Of a DNA stretch of 64,000 bases, positions 50,060 to 63,260 are shown one piece after another. The notes under the pieces are model-generated. The model did no database searches. It was not told where the DNA came from and was given only the letters and a program-made list of their open reading frames with translations. The number at the start of each line of letters is the position of its first letter. Position 1 is the first letter of the stretch. Both the position numbers and the translations under genes were made by a program. The DNA comes from Utricularia gibba. Its lineage: Eukaryota > Plantae > Magnoliophyta. The stretch is taken from assembly GCA_002189035.1 (NCBI GenBank), contig NEEC01000002.1, positions 2,790,001-2,854,000 on the forward strand, written 5' to 3'.

Positions 50060-52234
50060 CTAAGCTTCTGCAGTCCAGTAAGTTTTGGTCGCAAGAAGGA
50101 TCTTTTCCGGGTTAAAGGGACCGGTTTCATGATCAACGATCCTGCTTTCCCATCTCATTCCATCGGTAATGCTCTTCACCTTCACCAACACCTCCACCAT
50201 GTCCCTGAATATGACCACCCCATCGGGCCGTAGGATTCGATCCATCTCGAGTAAAATGAATGTAATGTCACACCTTCAACCAGGAACGAGCTCAGTAAAG
50301 CAGGGAAATGTGGAATGAGATCAGTGATTTTCAGAGACGTACCTGTCCTGGTACATGGTGAATACACCATCCGCGTGAATGAGATCGTATGTTCTTGGAT
50401 AGGTGGAAAAGGCTTCACACCAATCCTGGTATGTGCCGATGAACCCTCGCTCGTATATCAATCCTAGCATTTCCGGGTTCAAATGCGCAGGCACAGTGTT
50501 CATAACCCAAACTGGGAGCTTTGCCAGCGCTGCTGCAAAGCCTCCCAAGTTTGCATTCATGTCCATTATGTTGCGGTATTGACCACGGGGGAGCTGGTTG
50601 ACGAGTTGGGAGTAATATGGAATTCGCTGCTTCCACAGATCATTGTCCTCCTGGAACTTCTCGGCAGTAATGTCGGGGATAGAACCACTGTGGATTCTTG
50701 CCGGAATCTCGAATGCACGAGCGGGCCATTTCTTTAGTGCACCTCCAGCAACCTCACTGTCATTGCTTACTTCTGGCAGCGGTGTTATGCAGGATTCCAG
50801 GTCTTTGTACCTTCAAAGGTAAGGTCTGTTATGTTTTAAACCAGTAACTTAAGGAGAAGAATATGGGCGTACCATCCTGCATCCGATTCGCTAGATTTGC
50901 AGAGAGGTGGTTCAGGGAAAATGTCTTTGATCTTGCGGCACTCCATGTGGTTGATAGGCTTCTGCCAAATTGCAAGGTCACCCTTTTCAACAACTTTTGT
51001 CCAGCAAAGTTGTTTGGCTACAGATTCAATTGAATCCTGCTCTTGTTTTAAATCTTCTCGTGTTCTCTCCCAGCCCTTCCAGTACCTCCTCCACCGGATC
51101 GGAGGTCCAGAGAGTACCCAGTAGCCACCAGGCCGGAAACACGGTCGACTTCGGCAAGATAAAGCCCACCTGCAAGAACCAGACAGAACAGGAATGCTAT
51201 CACAAATGAATCAGATGGTAAAGACAGGACTTTACATTGTCTCACCGTAGTCGAACCAACGAATGAGGCAACGAGAGCAGTGCGCAATATCAAAAGCTCT
51301 AGCTGGATATGGAAGCCTCTGTGATGCCAGAACACCGATCATTGCAGGAACACCTCGCTCGAGAGCAAACCATACCTGTGCTTCATGGGTGTCTCGAGGG
51401 GCAAACGACATAGCTATGACATTTCTCTTCAGCAAGTAAGTCCCCCAACTAGCCACCTAATAAACCAGTAACTCGAGAAGTTCAGGATACATGGGATAAT
51501 CTAGCAAGTAGCGAGAGCAGTGATATCCATGAAGTAAGAATCCTTACACCACAGCCTGTGTCCAGGGCAGTTCGAATAGTTCCATCCGTGAGAGGAATGA
51601 GAGCATTGATTTCGTCGATATAAGCATCAGCTCCATGGGGAAACATGGTGCCACCTCCAGGAAATTTGAAGCGGTCTCCATGAACTTGGATCCAATTTTG
51701 GCCAGCCTTCTCTATACTGAGCTCTTTGTGAGGGATGTTGGCATACCACGCATAATCAGCACTTTCCGGCCACTTAAAAGGCTGTTTATAGTTCGGAGGA
51801 GCTGGAATGAGGCAGCTTAGAAGCTCCTTCTTTTTGGGACAATGCCTTTCTCTGTACTTCAGCATATCACGAGGAAATTTTTTACTTCGACTTGGATGTT
51901 GGCACGGGGTGTATTCACTGTACTTCATATCACAAGCCGGAAATTTTAAAATTTCCTCAGAATTGTTAACCACCAACTGATGGTGGCTCTCAAAATCCAG
52001 CATATCAGACATTGTAGAGGATGCTGATAACGTTTCAAGACTTGGTTTCTTATTCCCAGAGAAAGACTCTTCACAGACAACTTTGGATGCAACTTCTGAT
52101 GGATTGGAATTTATACTCTTCCAAGCCCCAAACATGTAGAACACGATACACAAACCACTCACTCCTAGAATGGAAGTAAGGCGTCTTCTCTTCATATCTG
52201 GAGAATGAAGCTTTGGGGAGCCCTCCTTCCCCAT
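50060..52234 (-). CDS. Putative SAM-dependent methyltransferase, PMT17/PMT18-like (DUF248); exons 52234-51548, 51456-51246, 51169-50873, 50810-50343, 50273-50060; one apparent 1-bp deletion
   Basis: [99 protein letters not shown]. Exons total 1877 nt; the frame shifts at DRV(L)RPGG near 51137. Confidence 0.92.
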
Positions 52235-55200
52235 TGAAACCTGCCAACAACAGTCCCAATATATGCTTAAAAAAAAAAAAAGAGCAAGGCGAGCTAGTGG
52301 TAGCAAACCTGCAACAGGATCTACCAATGTTCAATGAAGCAAGTTTAATGAACTTTTTGTGCTCTAGGTATCACTTCTATTAAGGCATTAAACAAAATCA
52401 AACCAAATTAGGTCCAATCAACAGACGAACTAAAAGAGATCTGCAAACCACCTTTTTTGCAACTTAGATCAAGCAGCAAAAAAATCAGATCTTTGCAGAA
52501 TCCAAGGATGGTCCAAACTAGAAACCTGCAGAATAAGGAAAAATGAAGGTTTCTGGGAAAATTGTAGAAGCTACCAAAAAGGGAATCGCCTCTTTCAACT
52601 ATCAGCGGACAAAAAGAGAGACAGCACCATCCCCAGACAAAAACAATTGCTCACATCAGAGAAGATAACTCGTTATGCACAAAGAAAGCAGAATGAAAGT
52701 GTGGGTACCAAAAGAATCGCAAGTTTTTTTCCCCGCATCCTTGACTACACCATACCTCCTCCAACACCACTCTGTCCCCAGAAACCCCACTATTGTACAA
52801 AAACACGACTCCGAAAGTAGCTCCATTGCAAGATTTGGAAATAAGTCAAGAGCAAGAATCTCAGGCAAGAAAATCAACTGATTGTTCACAACTCACCAGT
52901 TTGGCGATAAGGGAGTCTACAAGTGGCCACTTATTGCGGCTTGGCTTTCCCAAACCCAAGGCACTTCACGAGTGAGTGCAGTAGGGAAAGCTGAAGATTC
53001 CGAGGTCCAAATCACCAAATTAAACGCCATAAATGAAAGGAACGGCCCCAGGCTCCTCACCATCTTTTTGAATTATGGGAACACGTTGGGTCGGTGGTCA
53101 CACACAATTATGACAAATTCATCGGATCCTTAATCCCCACTCTACTGTCTTTTCTCTTCCAAAAATGGTAACTCTATATTTATTTATGACGTAATTCGAA
53201 TATGTTATACATTCTCTATACCACTTTCAAAAATTGAGTATTTGAATGTTTTTTCATGTATTTTCAAATGCATTTGAGAAACAAAAGCTGAAAGAGGGAG
53301 TTTGGTTGAGGGTTAATTGTGTTTTAGAATAGTGATAATAAATTGGGACTGTTCCCTGCTATGAATTTTATGAATTGATTCTATATAATTGTATTTACTT
53401 TTTATCTATTCTAAAAATTATATGTGTTTTACTTTATTTAAGTTTATAATATAATTTTATGTTATCTCATAAAATAGTTTTACAATTTCAAATTGATTCT
53501 ATTCACATAATCTTAAAATTGATTATATTCTTCATAATCTTAAGCACACCTTCAAATTATAGAATAGGCTCATTATGTTGTATTTGGTTTGTAAGTTTAA
53601 ATAAATGAGGGATTTAATTAGATTTTTTTAACAAGAATAACTATACATCATTCTTGTGTTAAATATAAATAAACTAAATTCTTTTTATTCAATCAAACAT
53701 ACATCAAATGAAACAAGTCGGTTACAATAGTGCTACTGGGGCAGTGGGGCTTAAAGGTGGTGCAGGTATAGGCATGCTACGTGGGCCGAATTAATAAATT
53801 GGGCCATCCCGGGTTTCTCTTAACCCAATAAATAATTGCCACCCTGGGCCCAGATGTTCGCCCCCAGCCCAGAAGCAATCTTGAAGAGTTGATTTATTTC
53901 AGGATAATTAAGAAGCCCCATGAATCCGTAGGTTACCTTGGCACCTCACATCTGTTCCCGACAAGAGACACCGGGGACCGTGGCAATTGCAACGCTTGCT
54001 GGAAAGCGTACTGGAGCCTAGTACGCTTCCTTTGTCTGAATCTTACTCCTACTCACAATCTCTCAATAATATCACATTTTTCTCTGGATCCACATCATTT
54101 GCATCTGCATTATTATTAGTAGGCGATAACTCTCCGCTGGAGATCGCGGATCCTTTACATGGTCTCACTTTTGGCGCACCCACAACTCACAAAATGCATT
54201 TCGAATGCTTTGGTTTTTCTGGCTCAACAACTCTTCAGGTGCAAAGTTCATTAGAGTTCCTATTAGGAGCGGAGGAAGAAGAAACCTTGAAAAGTGTGCA
54301 AATCACATCGAACTTGATAGATTATGTAAAAAAAGTCTAGTGATCTCTAGATGTATTATAAAAATGTTCACTATCTTTTAAAATTGGATATCACATATAT
54401 AAAAATTTAATATTTAAGAGTGAAAGTATGGATGATTATTTTTCTAAATGACCTAATGATCTCTTAGGATTCAATAATGGATTACATAAAAAATAAGATA
54501 CTTATGAACGCATAAAGAGTCATGACTCTTTGCATTGTCTATTGTAAATCAAACATAAAAAATTAAAAACAATAAAAACATCAATTACATAAAACATAAT
54601 TCTAAAGAATTTCTTGATTCCCTAAGATTCAAGAGACTCTTCGAAACTTTATCTCGATCTCAAAAATCAATTGAATATATACATTTAATTCTAAACTTAA
54701 TGGGCTCAAAACAAAATGAAATAAAACGTGAGCTTGATCCACACACATACACGAGAGGTTTTTGGGATTGATTTTGCACCCCCCCACACACAGTCTTTTG
54801 GGTGTAAGAGCATTTCATAAATCCAATCCAATCTAATAAATTAGAATCCTGCATACATGTGATGTCTAACTCTTTCTCAAGCATATCAAAGCTAATGAGT
54901 TGATATATTATGTAAATTAGTTGAAGAATTCTTTAAATAACAATGTGGAATCTCTACTTCTTTTCGAATACAAGAATTTCCAACATTGTCAAGAATATTA
55001 TTTACATTCCAATCAAATTTCTAGATATTCTAACACAGATTTACTCACATCCCAATGCATTTTGCTCCAAATCATCATCTGCAGAGTCGAGAGTTGGGGT
55101 CCGGTAGCACGAGAGGAGCCCCCAAAGTGACAAGGAAAGGGGCCCCGGTTGGACCGGCAGACCGCATGTCCATTCCAAACGAAAGGTAGCATCTGTGTTT

Positions 55201-57336
55201 TCTGCAATTGAAGCTGTTTTGATGCGCTAACAAACCCATCATCCATCGAAATGGTCCACTCCACGGGGGGCGGAGACGTGTGACCACCAGACATGAGTTA
55301 ACTTGGAAAGCCGAGTTGCATGCATTTTTGGACTACTTCCAGACTCGGTATCACGTGGTGACGTTAATAGCAACTGTACCTCACGTGCATTGATTGAGCC
55401 CATTAACCCGTTTTTTAGTCATGCTAAACCACCCCCCCATTCAATCTCAAACCACATATTACTTGCTGCTCCTCCCCTTTTCCATTCAAATTTACACCTA
55501 GAATTGCTGTTATAATGAATGAACAACCTGACTTGTATTCGACTCAATTAAAATCGTTTATTTTTGTTTAAAAAAAAAAAAAAAAATGAATACAAATAAA
55601 ATTTGGACATGCTCTGTATTTTTAATTTTTTTGAATTTATTATGCTTAATTTTTGAAGATTCTAATAGTAAAATCAGAAATTCAAATTATGTGATTAACT
55701 ATAGAAATTATTGAATTTGTTGAATCTATTTTCATAGATTAATTAGAAAATTATAACATTTAATTTTTATCTATTCTAAAAATATATTGATAATATAACA
55801 TTAAATTATACAATAATTTAATATATTAAACTTGGCAATATATATTTTATTTTCTTACAATCTCAAATTGATTTTATTTATATAATGCTAAAACTAATTC
55901 TATTCTATATAATTTGAAGCACAATTTCGAATTGCATAACAAGCCCTCTATATTCGATTAATTTACAAAGTAATCATGATCCCATCATTCAAATTGACAC
56001 TGTCGGTTTTTTTTCTCTACAAGATGTGGATATGGGGAGTGACATTTCCATTCTCTTTTTTAGCAAGCTTTTCTATCTCCATACTGTTTTGGTGTGAGTG
56101 TACGGTCCCTTTCTTGGGTAATAATGAAAGCATAACTATTCCAATTATGGCCAGCTCGACATGTAGACGTCTCTAGGCGTGAATGGTGGTGTGCTGTCGC
56201 CCAGTTTTTTTCAAATCCATATCATCATCATCTAGTCTCCTGCATAACTAGGTGACTGAATAAATAAATAGAAAAAAAATGGGGGGAAAAGGACTAATTT
56301 ATTGTGTATAGTGAATGGGAAACCTAATTTATTGTACTTGTGTGAATTAAAGAAATCAAACCTCAACCGCAATTGACGCTTATTTGAAAGCACCACCACA
56401 ATATGGATAACGCAAAAAATAGCCAATATCTACAATATTCAAAATTCGATCAGACCAATTTCTTCTATAAATATAAGAAACTCTGAAAAAGAAAGAGTTG
56501 AACTCTAAGTTTTCTACCCAATATCTTTTCTCCATCTATGTCTAGTGAAAATTATTTTTTTCGGTGACATTCGACAGCTTCATGATTTTTTTTGTTTTCT
56601 TACGGTTTCCACGTAAAAATCTCTGTATCTCTTTATTTCTTTCAATCGCACCACATAGAATAACAGAATCTTAATCGGATACGATACACTCGGCCATACC
56701 CGCAACCCAAAAATCGGTCCCCACCCTAACGTCGATTTTTGACTGCAACAAATTTTAATATAAATTACATAATTCGTATTCATTGAGAAAATCGGTCTAC
56801 AAATTTTGATGTAGCACCCATACTTCATCTCTTAAATTTAATATTTTAGATATTTTTTATTCTTTATTATTCAAAAACTGAACATAATTAGTTTAATAAT
56901 ACTATTCAAAAACTAGACACAATTAGTTGGGGATTCATTTTATTAAATTTTTAAATAATTGAAAACTAATTATACCAATTTTTTCACAAAATCAGGATTA
57001 TTTATGTCAAATTTGTATACACTAAAATGTTGGGATCATTTTTTTAAGCATCGAGAACCGATTTCATCGGTGTACTAAAATACTATGGATCAATTTCATT
57101 ATTATTTTAAAATAATAGAGATCAATTTCGTAATTTTTACAAATATCAAGAAGCAATAACATCAAATATTCCGATAAAATTCCCTTTGTGGATTAAAAAA
57201 AGCTTTCAATTTCAAGTTAATTTAAATACAATAACTTATTATTGCATAATTATTATCTTATGATAAAATAGTCTTTTTTTCCAAATAAGCGGAAAAATCC
57301 ATTAATATGATATGGCGTACAGCAGTCGTTTATTTT

Positions 57337-58227
57337 CTAAACAAGCAGGCGAAACTGGTCGTACACGATATCAAGCATGTTCGCGTCACCGGCGAAGGAG
57401 TCATGGCGGTGCCCCTCGGCGGCGCTGTTGTCGTGGGGGAGGTCCTCCAGCTCGAGCAAATTCAACCACGTCAACGGCGGCGCGTGAGAATCCTCCTCCC
57501 TCTTCTCCGCCCTACCGCCACCGACACTGCTCGATGTCGTACGGCTCCCATAGCTCTCCGCTCTGGAGAACAACGACGAAACCCTGTACGGCTTCGGCGC
57601 GTACACTATTATCTTCGGACAAGCATCGTTAACAGCATCCCTATTGCCGTCATTCTTTTTCCTTTTCTCGACTCTCGGCCGCATCTTCACCGCGGCGACT
57701 GGAGATTTGCCGAGCTTCTTACACAGATGCGTGTTCCAGTAGTTCTTGATCTCATTGTCAGTTCGACCAGGTAGCCTCCCGGCGATTAGCGACCATCGAT
57801 TTCCCAGAAGACGGTGTAGCCGTACGATCAGATCTTCTTCTTCCTCAGTAATGTTCCTCTCTTAATATCTACCGCCACAAACCACAGAACATGAAAACGT
57901 GCACCGCCAGTTCTGAAACTTCCTTCATGAAAAACAGGATACCTGGTCGGAGATAATTCTTCCACCTGAGGCGGCAGCTCTTGCCGCACCGTGAAAGGCC
58001 TAACATGCAAATACCCATAAATCAAGGGGTCCAAAAGTGAAGATATTTGAATTGTTTTCTTCTGCTGAGTTACCCGCTTTTGTTGGAACAGTCCTCCAGT
58101 CCCCTTCTCCGTGCTGCTGAATGTAACGAAGGAGCAAAGCGTCTTCTTGGGGCGACCAGGCGCCTCTCGTGAGCCCTACTTTGGGGCAGCATGATGACCT
58201 GCCCGTCTTCTTCTTCCTATCTCCCAT
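57337..58227 (-). CDS. R2R3-MYB, MYBPA1-like (proanthocyanidin regulator clade); exons 58227-58074, 57999-57943, 57868-57337; one apparent 1-bp deletion
   Basis: [63 protein letters not shown]-terminal [12 protein letters not shown] and [11 protein letters not shown] resemble the MYBPA1 motifs HLPKPVRVTSL and LDKLYEEYLQLL as recalled. Exons total 743 nt; one added base gives 248 codons. Confidence 0.85.
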
Positions 58228-61200
58228 TTCTTACAAAGTTCAGGGCCATACCTCATATACCTTGTGCTTACTTATAAGAGAGAGGGGAATGGAGTAGAAC
58301 CGTTTTTTTTAAAAAAATTAATTTAATAAATGTGTGACTTTGAATTTGCTTTTTTTTTATGATTATTTGGATTGCAGAGTTGGACTTGTGTGGTTAATGT
58401 TGAGCTACCCGTTAGACCTTACCACGACAAGCAGTCACATCACAAGAATTTAATGCAATTAAACAAATCCTTGACGCATTTAGCTTATAATACCTTATTT
58501 ATCCGGACATTTCCCGACATTTAAGGCGACTGGGGCGAACCGGCGGTTGGGCCGCCATGAATCTTGAACGGCAAGAAAACCGCCCGGTTTAATAATAAAC
58601 CCATATTGGTCAAAGCTTGTGATTTTCCTACGGATTCTAGGGTTCCAAGGCATGGTTCATTTGGTGCTTGCAAATGTGAATGTGTGAATCCACCATCCCA
58701 TGTTCTGTTGGATTTTAGTAAACGGTTCTACTTAACACAAGTAGGTATGATTATTAAACCAAATCTTTGAACTCGTTTATGCATCCAAACACACGTATAT
58801 TAAGAATTACGTTTATTTGATACGCATGTTCTCCATTTATAAAATATTTGTGTAATTATTAAAATAAATAATCCCACATCAAAATTTAAAAAAAGAAATA
58901 GTCAAATATATAATAAATTATAAATAAATAATAATTAGATGTGCTTAATCTTTTTTAATGTTATCTACATTTCTTATGTACTTGAACTTCATATATACTT
59001 GTTCAACACATGGAATTTTTATATTGAATGACATTTACTCATATTCATGCTTGAATATATACATACTTGGAAGTGAGCATTGATTTTCGAAACAAATTAA
59101 TTTCAAAGAGATAAGCAGCTTTCCAGATATTGCTACATTTTTCAAAGCCTATTTTATTTTTAAAATCTGTATACTAAGTGTATTTCAAATAAGACGCGCA
59201 TTTACAATTTGGGAGTGGCTTTGAATGTTTTAAGGTAGTTGGCACTGGGCAGGGGTGGGGGCGAGAGTTGCATGGGTTCCTTTATGATTGGAGTGAGTGA
59301 GTGGGAGTGGGAGTGGGAGTGGGAGTTATTAGAGAGACGTGGGGAGTAGGGGAGCAGTACAATGAATGCCTTTTCTTTCACAAATCCGGACGTGTGCGGT
59401 GTCCTGTGGAGTGGTTGGGTTCTGGGGCTCAGATTGGCGCGTGAGGTGCACCAGCAGCTCCTGTGGTCCGTGTGCGTGTTCATGGAGGGAGCCCTGTTCT
59501 TCGGTTATATGCATGCAACAATCGATACATGTTCTCTGCCAAATCCGACCCAAGGCTCCTTTTTAATAGTTTTATTATTTTTAATTACTATAAAGTTGAG
59601 TTTGGTTATTGGTATAAAGATAGATAATTAAATGATATATTGTTATTCCATGTTTGATTACAAATAAAATATTAATTATCTCTTATTGTAATATTTTTTA
59701 TTTTACGAAAATAAGATAAAATAATTCATACTTTTTGGGTGACATTAAATCCCATTCTATTATATCTTAAATATTCTTTGATTTTTTTTTTGCAGAAAAC
59801 CCAATTAGAATTTTATTTTAGGAAAATAGTAACATTTTCGTTATTTTACCAATTCAGCAAGGTTTAGGGTTTGTAATACTTTGGTTTAGAGCATGTAACC
59901 ACAGTGAATTCAGCAAGGTGCGAAGCCTACGAAATTGAACTCATCATTTTCTGGCTCCAAGCTTTGTAATATACTTGAAATGAGATTCTGAAATTTCAGG
60001 TTGAAGGTATAATGCCAATGGGTCAGATTTAGTTAGGGTTTGGCTATATCCACACCAGATTCACGAATTCAAAATTTAAATCTATTATACAATCCACATT
60101 GATTATGAATTGGAATCTTCAAATTCACATAAAAACCTTACCAATGTAACAATAATGTAAATATATATTTTTCCTATTCTTCCATATATTTATTGTATTT
60201 TTTAAATATTCGAAACAGATAATATCAGATTTGGTACATAACAATACAAAATTTTTGTTTCTTCATAATCTTAGTCATAATATAAACCATAATTATTAAG
60301 ATTTTTTTATTATATTTTATAATTCAAAAGTAAGATTGATTTAAAATTTAAATTTAACAGGAATTTAATTAAACTATTTAATGATATATAATATATATCA
60401 ATTATATAATATATTAATTTAAAATTATTGAATATTATGGATGCAGGTGCGAAAAAAATCCAAACTCAGAAAAAATCCAATTTTGACGGGTTAGATAGGG
60501 TAGAATATCCATTGATTTGGAATTTTTTTTTTTTTTTGGCATCGCCACGTCAAAGATAGCATATTCATTAACATGACAGAAAAAAATCATGTAATAAAAC
60601 AAGATTAATATCTTCAAATAAAAGTATTTTAACCGATTGATTCTAATCATTTAAAAATTGAGTATAATTGATTCCGATTGTTTTTCAATTTGATAAAATC
60701 TATCTTCATATTTCTAAGCATCACTAACTAGCAACCACTATCTAACAATTCTGAAATGGAACTCTTATTTTTAGGGGAACTCGGCCGATCAATTCTGAAA
60801 AAATCAGTAGCTTTATGTGTATAACAGGATATGCTAACCTAATTTGTGGTCTTGTTAACAGATAACTACAGGCTAATCTCAATTCCTACAGGTTGACGGC
60901 CGTTCCTGTTGCTCTGACTTCCTTCGGACATTGCAGGCTGTCCATATCCCTTTCATGTCCCATTCAAAGCTGTATGCAATTTTCCAAGAACACTTGTACC
61001 AATTTATTGGTTGCATATCGGGTTCTTAGTTTATATAAATAAGTACAGTTTTCATGCCAATTTTTGACTCTTAAGGACTGTTCTGAAAAATTTTTGAAAC
61101 CTATTTTTACTTTTTAAAATTATTTTGAAAAATAGAAATAAAAAGTAAAAATAACTAATTTCTTATTTTTTCAAAAATAATTTTTGTAATTATAATTTTA

Positions 61201-63075
61201 AAAGTATTTTTGGTAAAATTACTTTTACAATTAAAAATGTTCTAGAACAATACTATTTTTACTTTTGAAAACTAGAAATAGATTTTAAAAATTTTCCAGA
61301 ATATTACTTTAGTCGATCCTTGAAACTACTTTCAATTTACTAAGATGGTGATTTGTCGTTCAGGCCGGCTCGTCCGATCTACTTCATGAGTCTCGTGTTT
61401 TTCGATTCTTCAGGCTTTTCCTTCTTGATGCATACCGATTTTGGGTTCAATCAGATATTAATGACTTGAAAAGATAAATTATCTTTAAATTGTGATGTAA
61501 GCTCATAGTGTCTACTAGATGCTGGAATTACATGTGATCCATATTCAATGTTAAATTTTTGATTTGGTATTCTTTTATTTGTGGGAGATATTCAATTATT
61601 TAAATATTAATAATTTTTTGACATCTCTAGTAAATTTTTTCTTCATGGTAATGAATAAATCCTGAATAACAGATGCTTCATTCTTCTTCCTCATGAGATA
61701 AGGCCAAGTAGCAAGTGATGCATTATCAACTATCTATAAGAAGATGCCACTCCACGAAATAGTCCTATAGGGACCCTATGAAAAAGAATGGATTAATGGA
61801 AGTGAATTTCATATATTCAAAATATTATTTTTTTAAAAAAATTTGGCTCCGAGAAAAGTAAGACAACTTTGTTTATGCATACTCTTAATAAATGGAAATT
61901 CGTATGATAGATAATTACAACAATGGGAGGGATATCCTAAACAGTAATATCATAAGTTAAATGAAAAATCATATTCATCATGAGAGAGAAAAAAAAATTG
62001 TACTTAACGACAATTGATTTTAAATATGTCATGTTTGGAATGAAAAACACACCTATGGTATAGAAGATAAACTATGTTGCTTTGGGCAGCCTTCCTAATC
62101 ATCATTGTATTGGATGAGTACTACGGTAGGTAAACACACATTATCTTTAACAATTAATTTATGCATAAATAAAAGATTGATTTGAAAAAGATTGAAGTAT
62201 AAAAATCTCCAAATATTTAATTATTATCATTTGTGAAAAAGTGAAAAATTAATTTGAAGTAAAAAAATGTATTTAGTGATATAAGTGAAAGGTATATTAC
62301 TAGGTTTTTTTAAGTAAGCGCAAGTCCCGCCGATATTGTGTACGGCATCAAAGTGTGCTGGAGTAAAATATGATAGCCGTATGATGCGCTCCCTCAGTTA
62401 ACACAGTCGTTTGCGAATATTGTACGGACGCCGACTTCTCGTAACTGGGCCTCGTGCTCAAAGTAATCGGCCCAAATGTCCATTTTTGTTATTATTTTTA
62501 TTATTTTTAATGTTTTTTATAAACTTTTTGCTGAGTTTTCCTTTTATTAGAATATGGAGATTTATTTTTATAATAAAAAAGTATACTAGTATTTATTTAT
62601 GTTTTTTTCATGCACAAGCGCGTGGGTGCCTGGGGACATTGGCCCTCTGTCCACGTGAAGCAAGCGGTTTCACAGAGCCAAGTGTCCGCTGGGCCATCAC
62701 CTGTTTGACGAAACAGTTGAAAATCCCAAATACCACGTCGAGATCGAACCGCGACAGCGACCGATCGGCAACAGCCGCCGGGTAATCTCTTCTCCTTTAA
62801 CCTCCAGATAACGTAATCGAATGGCGATTGACGCGTTCAGACGAGATTTCTACTCTTTACCACCGCAAGACATCCCACGCGCTGTGACGCGCTGCCAGTC
62901 TCCTGTTTCTGCTCGCAAATTGTCAGTATTTTTTTTGCGATGGACTGTCCACCATTCGTTGCCTGGAACCTCGAAGACCTATTATATCTCCTGCTTAAAA
63001 GCCGTAGTTCTCCGAATCTGGTGTCTTCTACTCTTATCATTCGCTTTACTGAGAAATTTCGGGATTTGAGGAGAA

Positions 63076-63260
63076 ATGGGGAGGAGAAGGCTGGAAATTA
63101 AACGAATCGAGGAGAAAAGCGCTAGGCAAGTGACCTTCTCAAAGCGGAGAAATGGGTTGCTGAAGAAAGCCAGGGAACTCTCGATACTTTGCGCTGCTGA
63201 TGTAGGCGTAATCGTCTATTCCAGCACCGGGAAGCTGTATCAGTACAGCAGCGGCAACAG
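63076..63260 (+). CDS. MIKC MADS-box gene, FLC/MAF-like, exon 1 only (gene runs beyond the window)
   Basis: 185-nt exon [61 protein letters not shown] ending in a phase-2 GT donor. LEIKRIE.KS.RQ and the SSG end are FLC-clade-like; the clade call is moderate without the K-box. Confidence 0.8.

Noticed and set aside
59480-59501. GGCTCCCTnnATG similarity to miR160 on the minus strand
   Set aside because: About 11/21 identity and no foldback.
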